Origin: Selaginella moellendorffii
Lineage: Eukaryota > Plantae > Lycopodiophyta
Reading direction: 5' to 3'
DNA: 64,000 nt
Assembly (NCBI RefSeq): GCF_000143415.4
Contig: NW_003314343.1
Coordinates: 248,813-312,812 of the forward strand
The notes beneath the pieces are model-generated. The model made no database searches. It was given only the letters and a program-made list of their open reading frames with translations, and was not told the origin of the DNA. Both the position numbers and the translations under genes were made by a program. Shown one piece after another: positions 24,938 through 35,999 of this stretch (position 1 is the first letter of the stretch; each line of letters starts with the position of its first letter).

Positions 24938-26390
24938 ACTATGAAACTGTTTGATATGGGAGAGATTTACAGTCTACCTGGGTTTGATGGCAGCAACATC
25001 CATGTGTTTATGGAAAGGTTTATAGATGTTAGTTGACTAGACATGCTAGCTGTTATCTCCACCTACACAGAAAGGAGAAGAGTTTTATCAACTGCTATTG
25101 AGAAGTATATTATGGAGACTGCACCTGCTACAGATTGGTTTATGGAGTTTGCATGAAGGATGATCACTGAAACAGGCTGGGAACTTGGAGTCTATCACTT
25201 TCTGAGGGATGATGTGGTTTTGCTGTGGAACGATCCTGAGACAGCAATCTTTAGAGAAGATTTGATATTTACTTACTATCTCTCAGGTAAGACAGTAAGA
25301 ATTACATGATATCGTGATAACTTTTTCAGGTGCCAGACATGTGATTGTACCAGGATGGAGGAGAGGCATGACTCTTGTAGACTGTGGTTTTGCAACTCTT
25401 CTTGAGAGTAGTGATGGAGTGGAACCTTTTGCCCCAATAGTTCCATATATAAGAGGGGTCACCAATAATGAAGCTCAAGCTCCCGGTTTGCTAGTTACAA
25501 TAGGAGACATATGAACTTTAAAACTGAGAGGGGTGTCAGTGGTGCTGGTTAAAGAGATTGGGAATGTGGAACAACTAAATGAGTGTTAGTGAAGACTGGT
25601 ATTTCATTGGTTGAATAAGGTCATTTTGTGAAACAGGACCAGATGTGATATTTTTCCTATGGAATGGTAAGCTAAACAAGATTATGCTTGTGTTTGTATA
25701 GATCAAAATGGGAAGTGACCTTGAAGCAACTCAAGCATTTGCAATGCTATACATCATAAAGCTGGGCAAGAAAGTGAATTCAGAAGGCTCTCACAAACTC
25801 AAAGATTGATGTTCCACTACGTACATAAAGCTGGTTGTGACAATAAGGAATGCCTACGAGTGAGAAAGCTAGCCTTTGGAGAAGGTAGAGTGAACATTTA
25901 AAAGGAAAACATTTGAAAGAAAAAGTAAGGGTAAGTTTTGAAAATTATGTGTTATTTAAACTTTCTGTGGTCTGTTCTATAGGTTCCACCTTTATTAGCT
26001 ATTTGGGCCAATGAAAGGCTACATGGTATTATGAACACAGAATTACTAGAAGCTATAGAAAAATTCGAGAAAAAATGGAATAAATTACACTTGTTCTTAA
26101 TAAGCTGCAATAATGAACATACAATAGAAACTCTTGGTTCATCAGTTGCAATAGAAATTTGCTATATAATCTTGAGAAAGCTTTTGGTAGTAGATGTATT
26201 GTGGTACCATATGTCACAGAGTACACTTATGGGACGTTTTATGAACATATTTAGACAACCATCTGTATACGGAATTAACTTCAAGATATATGTATATATA
26301 ACACTTATAAGTGTTTGAGAAAAGAGTATTGGAAGTGTCTTTGAAACAAGAGTATTGACAGAGCTGTTTGGATTGGTTGAAACACATATA
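24938..26390 (+). pseudogene. Broken copy A of the NTPase-nuclease gene (3' half, internally deleted and scrambled)
   Basis: Colinear homology to 29720-28326 of the intact gene, including intron 3 and the last intron. Contains stops. The missing middle segment reappears at about 26140-26390. Confidence 0.85.
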
Positions 26391-26487
26391 AAGAGTCATG
26401 ATGAAGTTAGTTTCGCATATGGATAGTTGTCTAAATGTGTTCATAAAACATTCTATAAGTGTATTCTATAGCATCTGGTGCCAAAAC

Positions 26488-28180
26488 CACAATCTACAAA
26501 AGTTATCCCTCTCCTCCTCACATATCCAGCACCTGAAAAAGTAAAAGTAAAAATCAAAATATCATGTTGTCATACCTGAGAGATAGTAAGTAAATATCAG
26601 ATCTTCTATAAAGCTTGCCGTCTCAGGATTGTTCCACAGCAAAACCACATCATCCCTCAGAGAGGGATGGACTCCAAGTTCCCACCTGTTTCAGTGATCA
26701 TCCTTCATGCAAACTCCATGAACCAATCTGCAGCAAGTGCAGTCTCCATAATATACTTCTCAATAGCAGTTGATAAAACTCTTCCTGTGTAGGTGGAGAT
26801 AACAGCTAGCATGTCTAGTCGACTAACATCTTGTAAACCTTTTCATAAACGCTTGGATGTTGCTGCCATCAAACCCAGGTAGACTGTAAATCTCTCCCAT
26901 ATCAAACGGTTTCATAGTTCCAGAAAGAAGATTCTCCCAAACCGTCAACAAGCTCTTTCCTGTACCTGAACCAAATAGGGGACTTCACAGCACACCATAT
27001 GACTTGAGCACAAGGACGACTGTCCTTCCTGAGGAGTTCGGCCTGATATGAAGCAGCCCTTCATGCATTGTAATAATGACTGAGCTTCTAGCACGGCAGT
27101 TGATGACGTGTTTCTGAGACTGGTTGAGGAGTTGCTTGGTTTGGTCCGTGAAGTCCATCAAGTGCCTCTTTCGTTAATTACTTCATGCGGCATAGAAAAG
27201 CTGGTAAAAGAGGATGCCACAGTTGGGTACTCCAGCTGAAAAAAACGCAGTCTCGTGGAACAAGCCCTGGCTTACACTCTTTCAATAATTTAAGCCAAGT
27301 GAGCCGTGCAACCCCCACCCCACACAGCACCACTGGATGCTCTGGGGTAATATTTCTTTCTCCTCCTAGAAAACTGTTTTCCATCCAGTTGGCCACTCTG
27401 TGAATATCTTTTGATCCTCCTCCAAACCCAACCATGGCACAGTCACCTGTGAAAAACAAACTGAACCTGGTGCTGGCGAGTTCAATCAGCATTCGTGTTT
27501 TACCTTATAACTAGGTGCTAAGATCACAGTAACCTGCTGACTTGACAACCTTCCTGCAAATCTTTTGTCCAACTCTACAAGTCCACTTCCAACACCTTCC
27601 CACAAAATGCATGGTCTACCATCAAGCGTGCACACGAGCAGAAGGGAACCTTGCCTTGTAACCTGACTCGTCTACTGCTAACTGTGCTATTGCCGGCCGT
27701 TTTGAGAGAGATATAAGCGTCACACCGACGTGTAATGTCTGTTTCTGTAAACAATAAAATCAGTGAAAAAAATTCCCAAGAAACCAGTTACAACGCCACG
27801 TCATAGCCACCAAAAGACAAATGCGCTTGCAGCAGTGCAGTAAAGAATAACAAGCATCTCCATGGCTAAGACACATCTTCTGTTTACACAAACTCGTCAC
27901 ACAACCAGCTTAAGCCAACAGGGACAGAACCTACAGCCATAGCCAATGGCCAGAAGGCAAAACAACAAGTGAGACCACAGAGCGAAGGAAACAATACAAA
28001 CAAAACAAAACCCTCAAGCAAGATCAAACTCGTCAACACGTAGTTCCCAAATGTAGCGCACCACATCAGGCAAACCACCAGTTACAACGGCCAGGCCATA
28101 GCCAGATCACCAGGTATAGAGACGCACGGCACACAGTCACGACCACAGCCAGAAGACAAAGACAGCATTAATAGAACGCA
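26488..28180 (-). pseudogene. Broken copy B of the NTPase-nuclease gene (NTPase part plus long intron)
   Basis: 'MLIELASTRFSLFFTGDCAMVGFGGGSKDIHRVANWMENS' etc. Frameshifts, deletions and an internal inversion at 27094-27225. Confidence 0.88.
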
Positions 28181-28325
28181 ATGGAAGCAGATGGCCATGA
28201 ATTTAATTACAACCACAGGCCAGACACAAGCACCCAAGCACCAAATCCAACAGCGAAGCAAGACCTTGAAACATCCGCCGATTTCATGGAGGAATTACGA
28301 AGAACGAGTGCAACTTATTCCGTTT

Positions 28326-31157
28326 TTATTTGAACTTTTCTATAGCTTCTAGTAATTCTGTGTTCACAATACCACGTATCCTTTCATTGGCCCAAATAGC
28401 TGACAAAGGTGGAACCTACACAACAGACCACAAAAAAGTTTAAATAACACACAACTTTCAAAACTTACCCCTGCTTCTTCTTCCGAACATTTTCCTTTTA
28501 AACGCTCACTCTGCCTTGCCCGCATTCCTGCTCGTGAGCATTCCTTTGTTGTCATAACCAACCTTATGTACCCAGTGGAACACCACTCTTTGAGTTTGTG
28601 AGAGCCTTCTGCATTCACTTTCTTGTCCAGCTTCATGATGTCCAGCGTCGCAAATGCTTGAGTTGCTCCAAGGTCACTTCCCGTTTTGATTTGTACAAAC
28701 ACAGGCATAATCTTGTTCAGCTTACCATTCCACAGGAAAAACATCGCATCTGGTCCTGCTTCACAAAATTGCCCTATCCAACCATATGTTGCAAACGAAA
28801 CACTAGTCTCCACTGACTTGAGCCACTCGTTCAGCTGTTCTGCATTTTCAATCACTGTAACAGCTCCCTCTGATGCCCCTCTCTGTTTTAAAAGCTCATA
28901 TGTCTCCTTGTATGTGGTGTGTGTTTCAACCAATCCGAGCACCTCTGCCGGTACCTTCTTCTCAAAGGCACGTCCAAGCTCCCAACATACATATGTCTCG
29001 AAGTTGATTACACGCTGTCTAAATGCGTTCAGAAAGTATCCCATGTGCATACCCTGTGACATGTGGTGCCACAGTGCATCTACCACCAAAGGCTCTCGCA
29101 AGATTACATACCGAATCTCTGTTGTAACTGACAAACGACGAGTCTCTATTGTAACTGGCAAACCAGGAGCTTGAGCTTCATTATCGGTGACCCCTCTGAT
29201 ATATGGAACTATTGGGGCAAAAGGTTCTGCTCCATCGCTGCTCTCAAGGAGAGTTGCGAAACCACAGTCTACAAGAGTCATGGCCCTCCTCCGTCCTGGT
29301 ACAATCACATGTCCGGCACCTGAAAAAGTAAATGTAAATATCACAATATCATGTAATTCTTGCTGTCTTACCTGAGAGATAGTAAGTAAATATCAGATCT
29401 TCTATAAAGTTTGCCGTCTCAGGATCGTTGCACAGCAAAACCGCATCATCCCTCAGAGAGCGATAGACTCCAAGTTCCCGGCCTGTTTTAGTGATCATCC
29501 TTCGTGCAAACTCCATGAACCAATCTGCAGTAGGTGCAGTCTCCATAATATACTGCTCAATAGCGGTTGATAAAATTCTTCTTCTTCCTGTGTAGGTGGA
29601 GATAACAGCTAGCATGTCTAGTCGACTAACATCTATAAACCTTTCCATAAACGCTTGGATGTTGCTGCCATCAAACCCAGGTAGACTGTAAATCTCTCGC
29701 ACATCAAACGGTTTCATAGTTCCAGAAAGAAGATCCTCCCGAACCGTCAACATGCTCTTTCCTGTACCTGAAACAAACAGGGGACTTTGCAGCACACCAT
29801 ATGACTTGAGCGCAAGGACGATGGGATTCAACAGCGACTGCCCTTCCTGAGGAGTTCGGCCTGATATGAAGCGCCCCTTCATGCACTGTAATAATGACTG
29901 CGCTTCGTCTAGCACTACTGTGGCATCCCCCCAACCCACCTCTTTTACCAGCTTTTCTATGCTGCTAGTGAAGTAAATAACAAAAGTGGGCACTTGATGG
30001 ACGTCACGAACCAAACCAAGCAACACCTCAAGCAGTCCCAGAAACACGTCATCAACTGCCGGATACTCCAGCTGAAAAAACGCCCAGTCTCGTGGAACAA
30101 GCCCTGGCTTACACTCTTTCAATAATTTGAAAAAACTGAGACGTGCAAGGATTAAGGCCCCCACGCCACACAGCACCACTGGATGCTCTGGGGTAATATT
30201 TCTTTCTCCTCTCGGAAAACTGTTTTCCATCCAGTTGGCCACTCTGTGAATATCTTTTGATCCTCCTCCAAACCCAACCATGGGACGGTCACCTGTGAAA
30301 AACAAACTGAACCTGGTGCTAGCGAGTTCAATCAGCATTCTTGTTTTCCCTGATCCACTAGGTGCTAAGACCACAGTAACCTGCTGACTTGACAACCTTC
30401 CTGCAAATCTTGTGTCCAACTCTACGAGTCCACTTCCAACACCTTCCCACAAAATGCATGGTCTACCACCAAGTGAGTACACGAGTGTCCGAGCAGAAGG
30501 GAACCTTGCTTTGTAACCTGACTCGTCTACTGCTAACTGTTTTATTGCCTCCCGTTTGAAAGAGATATAAGTGTCACACCGGCGTGTTATTTCTGTTTCT
30601 GTAAACAATAAAATAAGTGAAACCTTGAAACCTCCGCCGATTTCAAATGCCAAAAACTGGACAACAAATGGGAATTCTGACATGGATGCATGTGCAAGGG
30701 AACAAAGGGCTTTCGCAATTGCTTACCGATTCCATGGGGCACTGCAACATTCAGAACAAAACAAAGTTAGTATTAGATCTGGAAGAAAAAACTATCAATA
30801 GAAAACATGGCCAACCATAGCCACACTTCCAGCAACCCAAAATAAAAGCGACCTCAGGCAAAATCCTTAACCATGACCGAAAGCAGCCATATCCACAACA
30901 CACAGCAAAACGCCCCAAATCGAGGGGGATGACTTACCATTACTTCTGAGGAGAAGGAGTTTTTCCTCCCGCAGCTGCACTTTCTCATTCCACAGCTGCT
31001 CTTCCTTCTTCCGCAGCTGCTCTTTCTCATTCCGCCAATATTCCGCCAGAGATTGATTGCCACTCTGAAGGGCAGAGAGAAAAGATTCCCCAGCCGCTTG
31101 GATCTGCGGCTCAAGAAGCCCGATTTGAGCCTCCACCTTAGCCAATTCCTCGTCCAT
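28326..31157 (-). CDS. Intact 5-exon, about 800-aa coiled-coil header + P-loop NTPase + PD-(D/E)xK-like nuclease (Crinkler/RHS-type CR protein)
   Basis: Exons 31157-30938, 30741-30727 (15-nt microexon), 30598-29372, 29319-28469 and 28415-28326 are all GT-AG and phase-compatible, 2403 nt in total. Walker A 'VLAPSGSGKT', Walker B 'VVLDEAQ', C-terminal 'GPDAMFF...VFVQIK'. Confidence 0.8.
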
Positions 31158-31499
31158 TTTGCTAGCTGAAACCCTATCAGTGGTGCCCTAGAATCGTCAA
31201 GGACAACTTAATTTATAATCAAGAGAGACAAAAAGAGAAAACTCAACCGGCTTCTATTTTACAGTTTTGTACGAAACTATTTCTGCTCATCCCTCTGACA
31301 TCCACCAAAGTGGAGAACGTGGCAGCCGATCGCCAACGTTGCTGAGTTTGGAACGAAGTATGGAGGAAGCATTGCTCTCACGGTTGGAATCGCCGGCACC
31401 GGACTTGTGCTGGCCTCCAAGGCCTAAACATCCCAAAAGCGAAGAACAAGAAAGATCATATCAATTTAAAGCCATAAAGAACTGGTTGAATGATCCACT

Positions 31500-31597
31500 A
31501 ATTTAGGGTTTTTAGGTTTCTTTGATGTTTTGTGAGGTAGTTTTTGCTTTCTTCAAAGTGTTAGACCAAGAGGCTTTCTTCACATGGTATCAGAGGT
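31500..31597 (+). mobile_element. LTR 3' end plus tRNA-iMet primer-binding site (retroelement relic)
   Basis: ...CTTCACA followed directly by TGGTATCAGAG at about 31586-31596. No coding region follows. Confidence 0.5.
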
Positions 31598-31756
31598 ATA
31601 GGTTAGAATTTTTGGCATGAGTAGGGCCTTAGATGATAGGATAGGATGGTATCATTTTCATCTTCTAGAGAAATGGAGTAACAAATTTCCTTGCCTGGAA
31701 AGAACATACACAATTCTGGTTTATAAGGTGGCCCATGGTATCTGGAACAAGAAAAT

Positions 31757-31960
31757 GCCCACTGCATTGTGGGGCCGTCCCTAACCCATAAATTTTATGG
31801 GTTAGGGGTGAAATTGTTTTCACATTGAATACTTAGTTAACTAAGAGTTTTTTTAAGAGTAGGGTTTCCACACCTAAACTCTTAAAAAAACTCTAAGTTA
31901 GGGTTCAACAAAATTTCTATGTAAAATTTAAGGGTCCTCCCCAGGACCCTTAAATTTATA
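31757..31960. repeat. Cluster of adjacent perfect inverted repeats / palindromes
   Basis: 14-bp arms at 31779-31807, 6-bp arms at 31808-31823, a 14-nt palindrome at 31832-31845, 17-bp arms at 31844-31894, and 15-bp arms at 31924-31957. Confidence 0.9.
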
Positions 31961-32290
31961 TTCTCTCTCTTCTGCATGCAATTGCCTACCACATCAGCTA
32001 TGTGCCTCAACTTGACGCCCTAACTTTGGGCAAGAGCAGCTATGACCATGGTGTGAGGAGCAGGGCATTTTGGGCTCCAACACTTCTTCAAGTTCTAATT
32101 AGCAGCAACAACAGATATTCTCTATTCTCTCTTTTTGCATTCATGCACATCATTTAGGTTCAATAAGTTCAACAACAAGATAAAGAAAAAACCCTTTCTT
32201 CAATAGCTCTTTCTTTACTAACTCCTTTTGCAACTCCTTCTACAACTCTTTTTACAACACCTCCAACTGACTAAAGCTTCCAGCTCCACT

Positions 32291-32440
32291 AGAATCTTCA
32301 TTCTGGCTGTTGGGCTGGTCAGCCCAGCCAGAATCCTTATTCTGGCCGTTGGGCTGGTCAGTCCGGCCAGAATCCTGATTCTGGCTGCTAGGCTAGTCAG
32401 CCCAGCCATAATCTTGATTATGGCTGCTAGCCTGGCTAGA
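32291..32440. repeat. 39-bp minisatellite, about 3.5 copies
   Basis: Unit agaatc(t/c)ttattctggc(t/c)gttgggctggtcagcccagcc. It produces the 13-aa 'ARIRILAGLTSPT' repeats in the ORF track. Confidence 0.8.
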
Positions 32441-32629
32441 ATCAAGCTGGTTGTGGCTGTAGGCTCAATTTTCAGCCTGGCCATTGGGCTGATCAACATG
32501 TGGAGCAAGGCACCTGATCTCAATTTCCTGCTACAGGCAACTAGCCTAAGGTTGATTTGCAGTCGGAACAGCTAAGTTTTGGCTCCCCGCTTGATAACGA
32601 GCAGAGAAGTGAAGATCGAAGGGTAGCTC

Positions 32630-32833
32630 TTGGTACAAGTAGACGTGGAGGCAGAGTTAGTAGAGGTCATGGATGTGGACATGGACGTGCAAGCAAGTTT
32701 GCAGGTGGATGTGGAAGATATAGCAGCTCGACCAGGAGCAAAAAGGCAACGTTCCAAGAACTGGACACAGGAGGAGATTTGGGCCTTGGTGGAAATCAAG
32801 CAGCAGGAATATTTGACGCGATGTGAGGCATAA
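32630..32833 (+). pseudogene. Truncated Myb/SANT-like (trihelix-type) domain fragment
   Basis: 'KRQRSKNWTQEEIWALVEIKQQEY' matches the first helix of Myb/SANT-like DNA-binding domains. The frame ends immediately afterwards. Confidence 0.5.
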
Positions 32834-33067
32834 GGATTGTATATTCATAACATATTCTATGCCTGTAAGGGAAGCAGCCGCCATGAATTTATTTACAACC
32901 ACAGGCCAGACACAAGCACCCAAGCACCAAATCCAACAGCGAAGCAAGGCCTTCAAACATCCGCTGATTTCATGGCACACACATGGCGTGCAATTCATAA
33001 AAGGGTGGATTTTACAATGGTGTATGCCTGCTATTGATCCACGTGTATTATGAGTGTGAGAAAAACA

Positions 33068-34770
33068 TGCGTTCTATTAATGCTGCCTGTGGTTGTGACT
33101 GTGTGCCGTGTGTCTCTTTATCTAGTGATCTGGGTATGGCCTGGCCGTTGTAACTGGTGGTGTGCTACATTTGGGAACTATGTGTTGACAAGTTTGATCT
33201 TGCTTGAGGGTTTTGTTTTGTTTGTACTCACTGGCCGTGGATGTTTCCTTCGCTCTGTGGTCTCACTTGTTGTTTTGCCTTCTGGCCATTGGCTATGGCT
33301 GTGGGTTCTGTCCGTGTTGGCTTAAGCTGGTTGTGTGACGAGTTTGTGTATACAGAAGATGTGTCTTGGCCATGAAGATGCTTGTTATTCTTTACTGTGC
33401 TGCCTACAAATGCATTTGTTTTTTGGTGGCTATGCCGTGGCATTGTAACTGGTTTCTTGGGATTTCTTTTCACTTATTTTAATGTTTACAGAAACAGACA
33501 TTACAGGTCAGTGTGACACTTATATCTCTCTCAAACGGCCGGCAATAGCACAGTTAGCAATAGATGAGTCAGGTTACAAGGCAAGGTTCCCTTTTGCTCG
33601 GACACTCGTGTGCTCGCTTGAAGGTAGACCATGCATTTTGTGGGAAGGTGTTGGAAGTAGACTTAAAAAAGATGTGCAAGATGGTTGTCAAGTCAGCAGG
33701 TTACTGTGGTCTTAGCACCTAGTGGATCAGGGAAAACAAGAATGCTGATTGAACTCACCAACACCAGGTTCAATTTGTTTTTCACAGGTGACCGTGCCAT
33801 GGTTGGGTTTGAAGGAGGATCAAAAGATATTCACAGAGTGGCCAACGGGATGGAAAACAGTTTTCCAGGAGGAGAAAGAAATATTACCCCAGAGCATCCA
33901 GTGGTGCTGTGTGGCATGGGGGCCTTAATCCTTGCACAGCTCACTTGGCTTAAATTATTGAAAGAGTGTAAGCCAGGGCTTGTTCCACGAGACTGGCCGC
34001 TGGAGTATCCGGCAGTTGATGACGTGTTTCTGAGGAGTTGCTTGGTTTGGTCCATGAAGTCCATCAAGTGCCCTCTTTCGTTAATTACTTCACTAGCGGC
34101 ATAGAAAAGCTGGTAAAAGAGGTGGGTGCCACAGTTGTGTTAGACGAAGCTCAGTCATTATTACAGTGCATGAAGGGCCGCTTCATATCAGGCCGAACTC
34201 CTCAGGAAGGGCAGTCATTATTGAATCCCATCGTCCTTGCACTCTATGATGTGCTGCAAAGTCCCCTATTTGTTTCAGGTACAGGAAAGAGCATGGACAG
34301 TTCGGGAGAATCTTCTTTCTGGAACTATGAAACCGTTTGATGTGGGAGAGATTTACAGTCTACCTGGGTTTGATGGCAGCAACATCCAAGCGTTTATGGA
34401 AAGGTTTATAGATGTTAGTAGCTGTTATCTCCACCTACACAGGAAGAAGAAGAATTTTAGCAACTGCTATTGAGAAGTGTATTATGGAGACCGCACCTGC
34501 TGCAGATTGGTTCATGGAGTTTCCACTAAGGATGATCACTGAAACAGGCAGGAACTTGGAGTCCATTGCTCTCTGAGGGATGTTGCGGTTTTGCTGTGAA
34601 AGGATCCTGAGACAGCAAGCTTTATAGAAGATCTGATATTTACTTACTATCTCTCAGGTATGACAACAAGAATTACATGATATCGTGATATTTACTTTTA
34701 TGCCGGACATGTGATTGTACCAGGACTCTTGTAGACTGTGATTCCGCAACCCTTTTGCCCCAATAGTTCC
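33068..34770 (+). pseudogene. Broken copy C of the NTPase-nuclease gene
   Basis: 'SSQQVTVVLAPSGSGKTRMLIEL', 'ATVVLDEAQSLLQCMKGRFISGRTPQEGQSLLNP'. Frameshifted. It is close to the reverse complement of copy B, including its long intron. Confidence 0.88.
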
Positions 34771-34794
34771 ATCGAGTTGTTGCAATTGCTGATT

Positions 34795-35500
34795 GAACTG
34801 CTCCAATTGAAGCTTCACTCCCCACCTCGGCCACTGCCACCGCTGCCACTGCTACCACCGCCACTGTGGTAAGGCTTTGAGTGGTTCTTTCGCTAGCTGG
34901 TATTATCGTAGGGCTTAGAGTGGTTGTTGCCACCACAACCACCGGACCTTACTGGCCAGTAGCAGTTGCCGACCTGGTTAACCAAGCAACTCCTCCAGCT
35001 CTAATCCAAAGCAAAAGATTCATTTGGTGCTGAAGGATTATAACAGTGTCTCTGAGATATGTGAAGACCTCTAATAGAGTTATAAAATGGCTCCACCTTT
35101 GACTTCTGGCCGCATTTGCAACGCTTGTACTGCGATGCTCCACTGGGACATGGATTGGAGTCTTCGTTAGTGGCTCCTCCATTGCCTCGCCTCGAGCCCA
35201 AGAACCTTCTGGCCACTTTAGTTCATGTACTGCTAGAGCCCGAAGCGAGGCCGTGCAGAGCCTCAAAGCCACGGACAGCCTCAATGCAGACTCGTCGTTA
35301 TACACGACACTGGAAAGGTGGTGCAGGATGAAAGGAATCGAGAGAAACTTTCGTCCCACCTTGTTACAATGGTCCGCGATAACTATGTCAACACAGGGAA
35401 GAACGCCAGTGTGTACGTTTGGAAAGCGGTGCCATAGCTGCTCGAAAGAGAGTGAAAACGAGAGAAACAAACTCATGCATGCATACCATCATTCCCTGTA
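34795..35500 (-). mobile_element. Possible MULE/SWIM-type transposase 3' relic (duplicated at 23140-23460 and 24862-24937)
   Basis: Frameshifted 'SCGTAFQT..GVLPCVDI' (SWIM-like) and 'YKRCKCGQK' (zinc-knuckle-like). Direct homology to the two pieces flanking the Gypsy relic. Confidence 0.35.
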
Positions 35501-35549
35501 ATCTAAGTGCATACATCCATACATGAGCAAAGAGCAAGCTTTTTCTTCC

Positions 35550-35905
35550 AAACCTGCAAACTCAGGATTGTCTTCGGGGCTGTCTAGCTCGAAGGCAAGC
35601 TCTCTGGCCGCCGCCACCACAGCGGCATGGCAATAGTGAGGATTTGACGTCAGACAAATGGCCAGAGTATCAAACTTGTAAGAAGTGAGAGGGAGAGCAC
35701 TACTTACATGAGCAATCCGTGGTAGTCAGTGTCGGCAAGGATGCATTCACGTCCCAGGCCATCCGTGAAAAGATCTTCTGGCGTTTCAGTCCCACGAACA
35801 GCGACAACAACCAACTTGAGTTCCTTCAACTCAATCACGAAGTAGACTGTCTCAGTACTCTGAAATAGTGGGGAGATTTGTGATGCAACATCAAACCTCC
35901 TTTCA
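35550..35905 (-). pseudogene. Internal fragment of a class-3 (DAG-lipase-like) lipase gene with intron
   Basis: 'YFVIELKELKLVVVAVRGTETPEDLFTD' (lipase_3 RGT motif), GT-AG intron, then 'HYCHAAVVAAARELAFEL'. No start or catalytic GxSxG seen. Confidence 0.7.
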
Positions 35906-35999
35906 AGAGTGCCTCGGCTGGGCGGCAAGCAGCACGAAGGAACGCAGTTGCATGGCCTCGCCACCATCTATCACCGTCTACGCTTGGGCTCCTTCTCCA

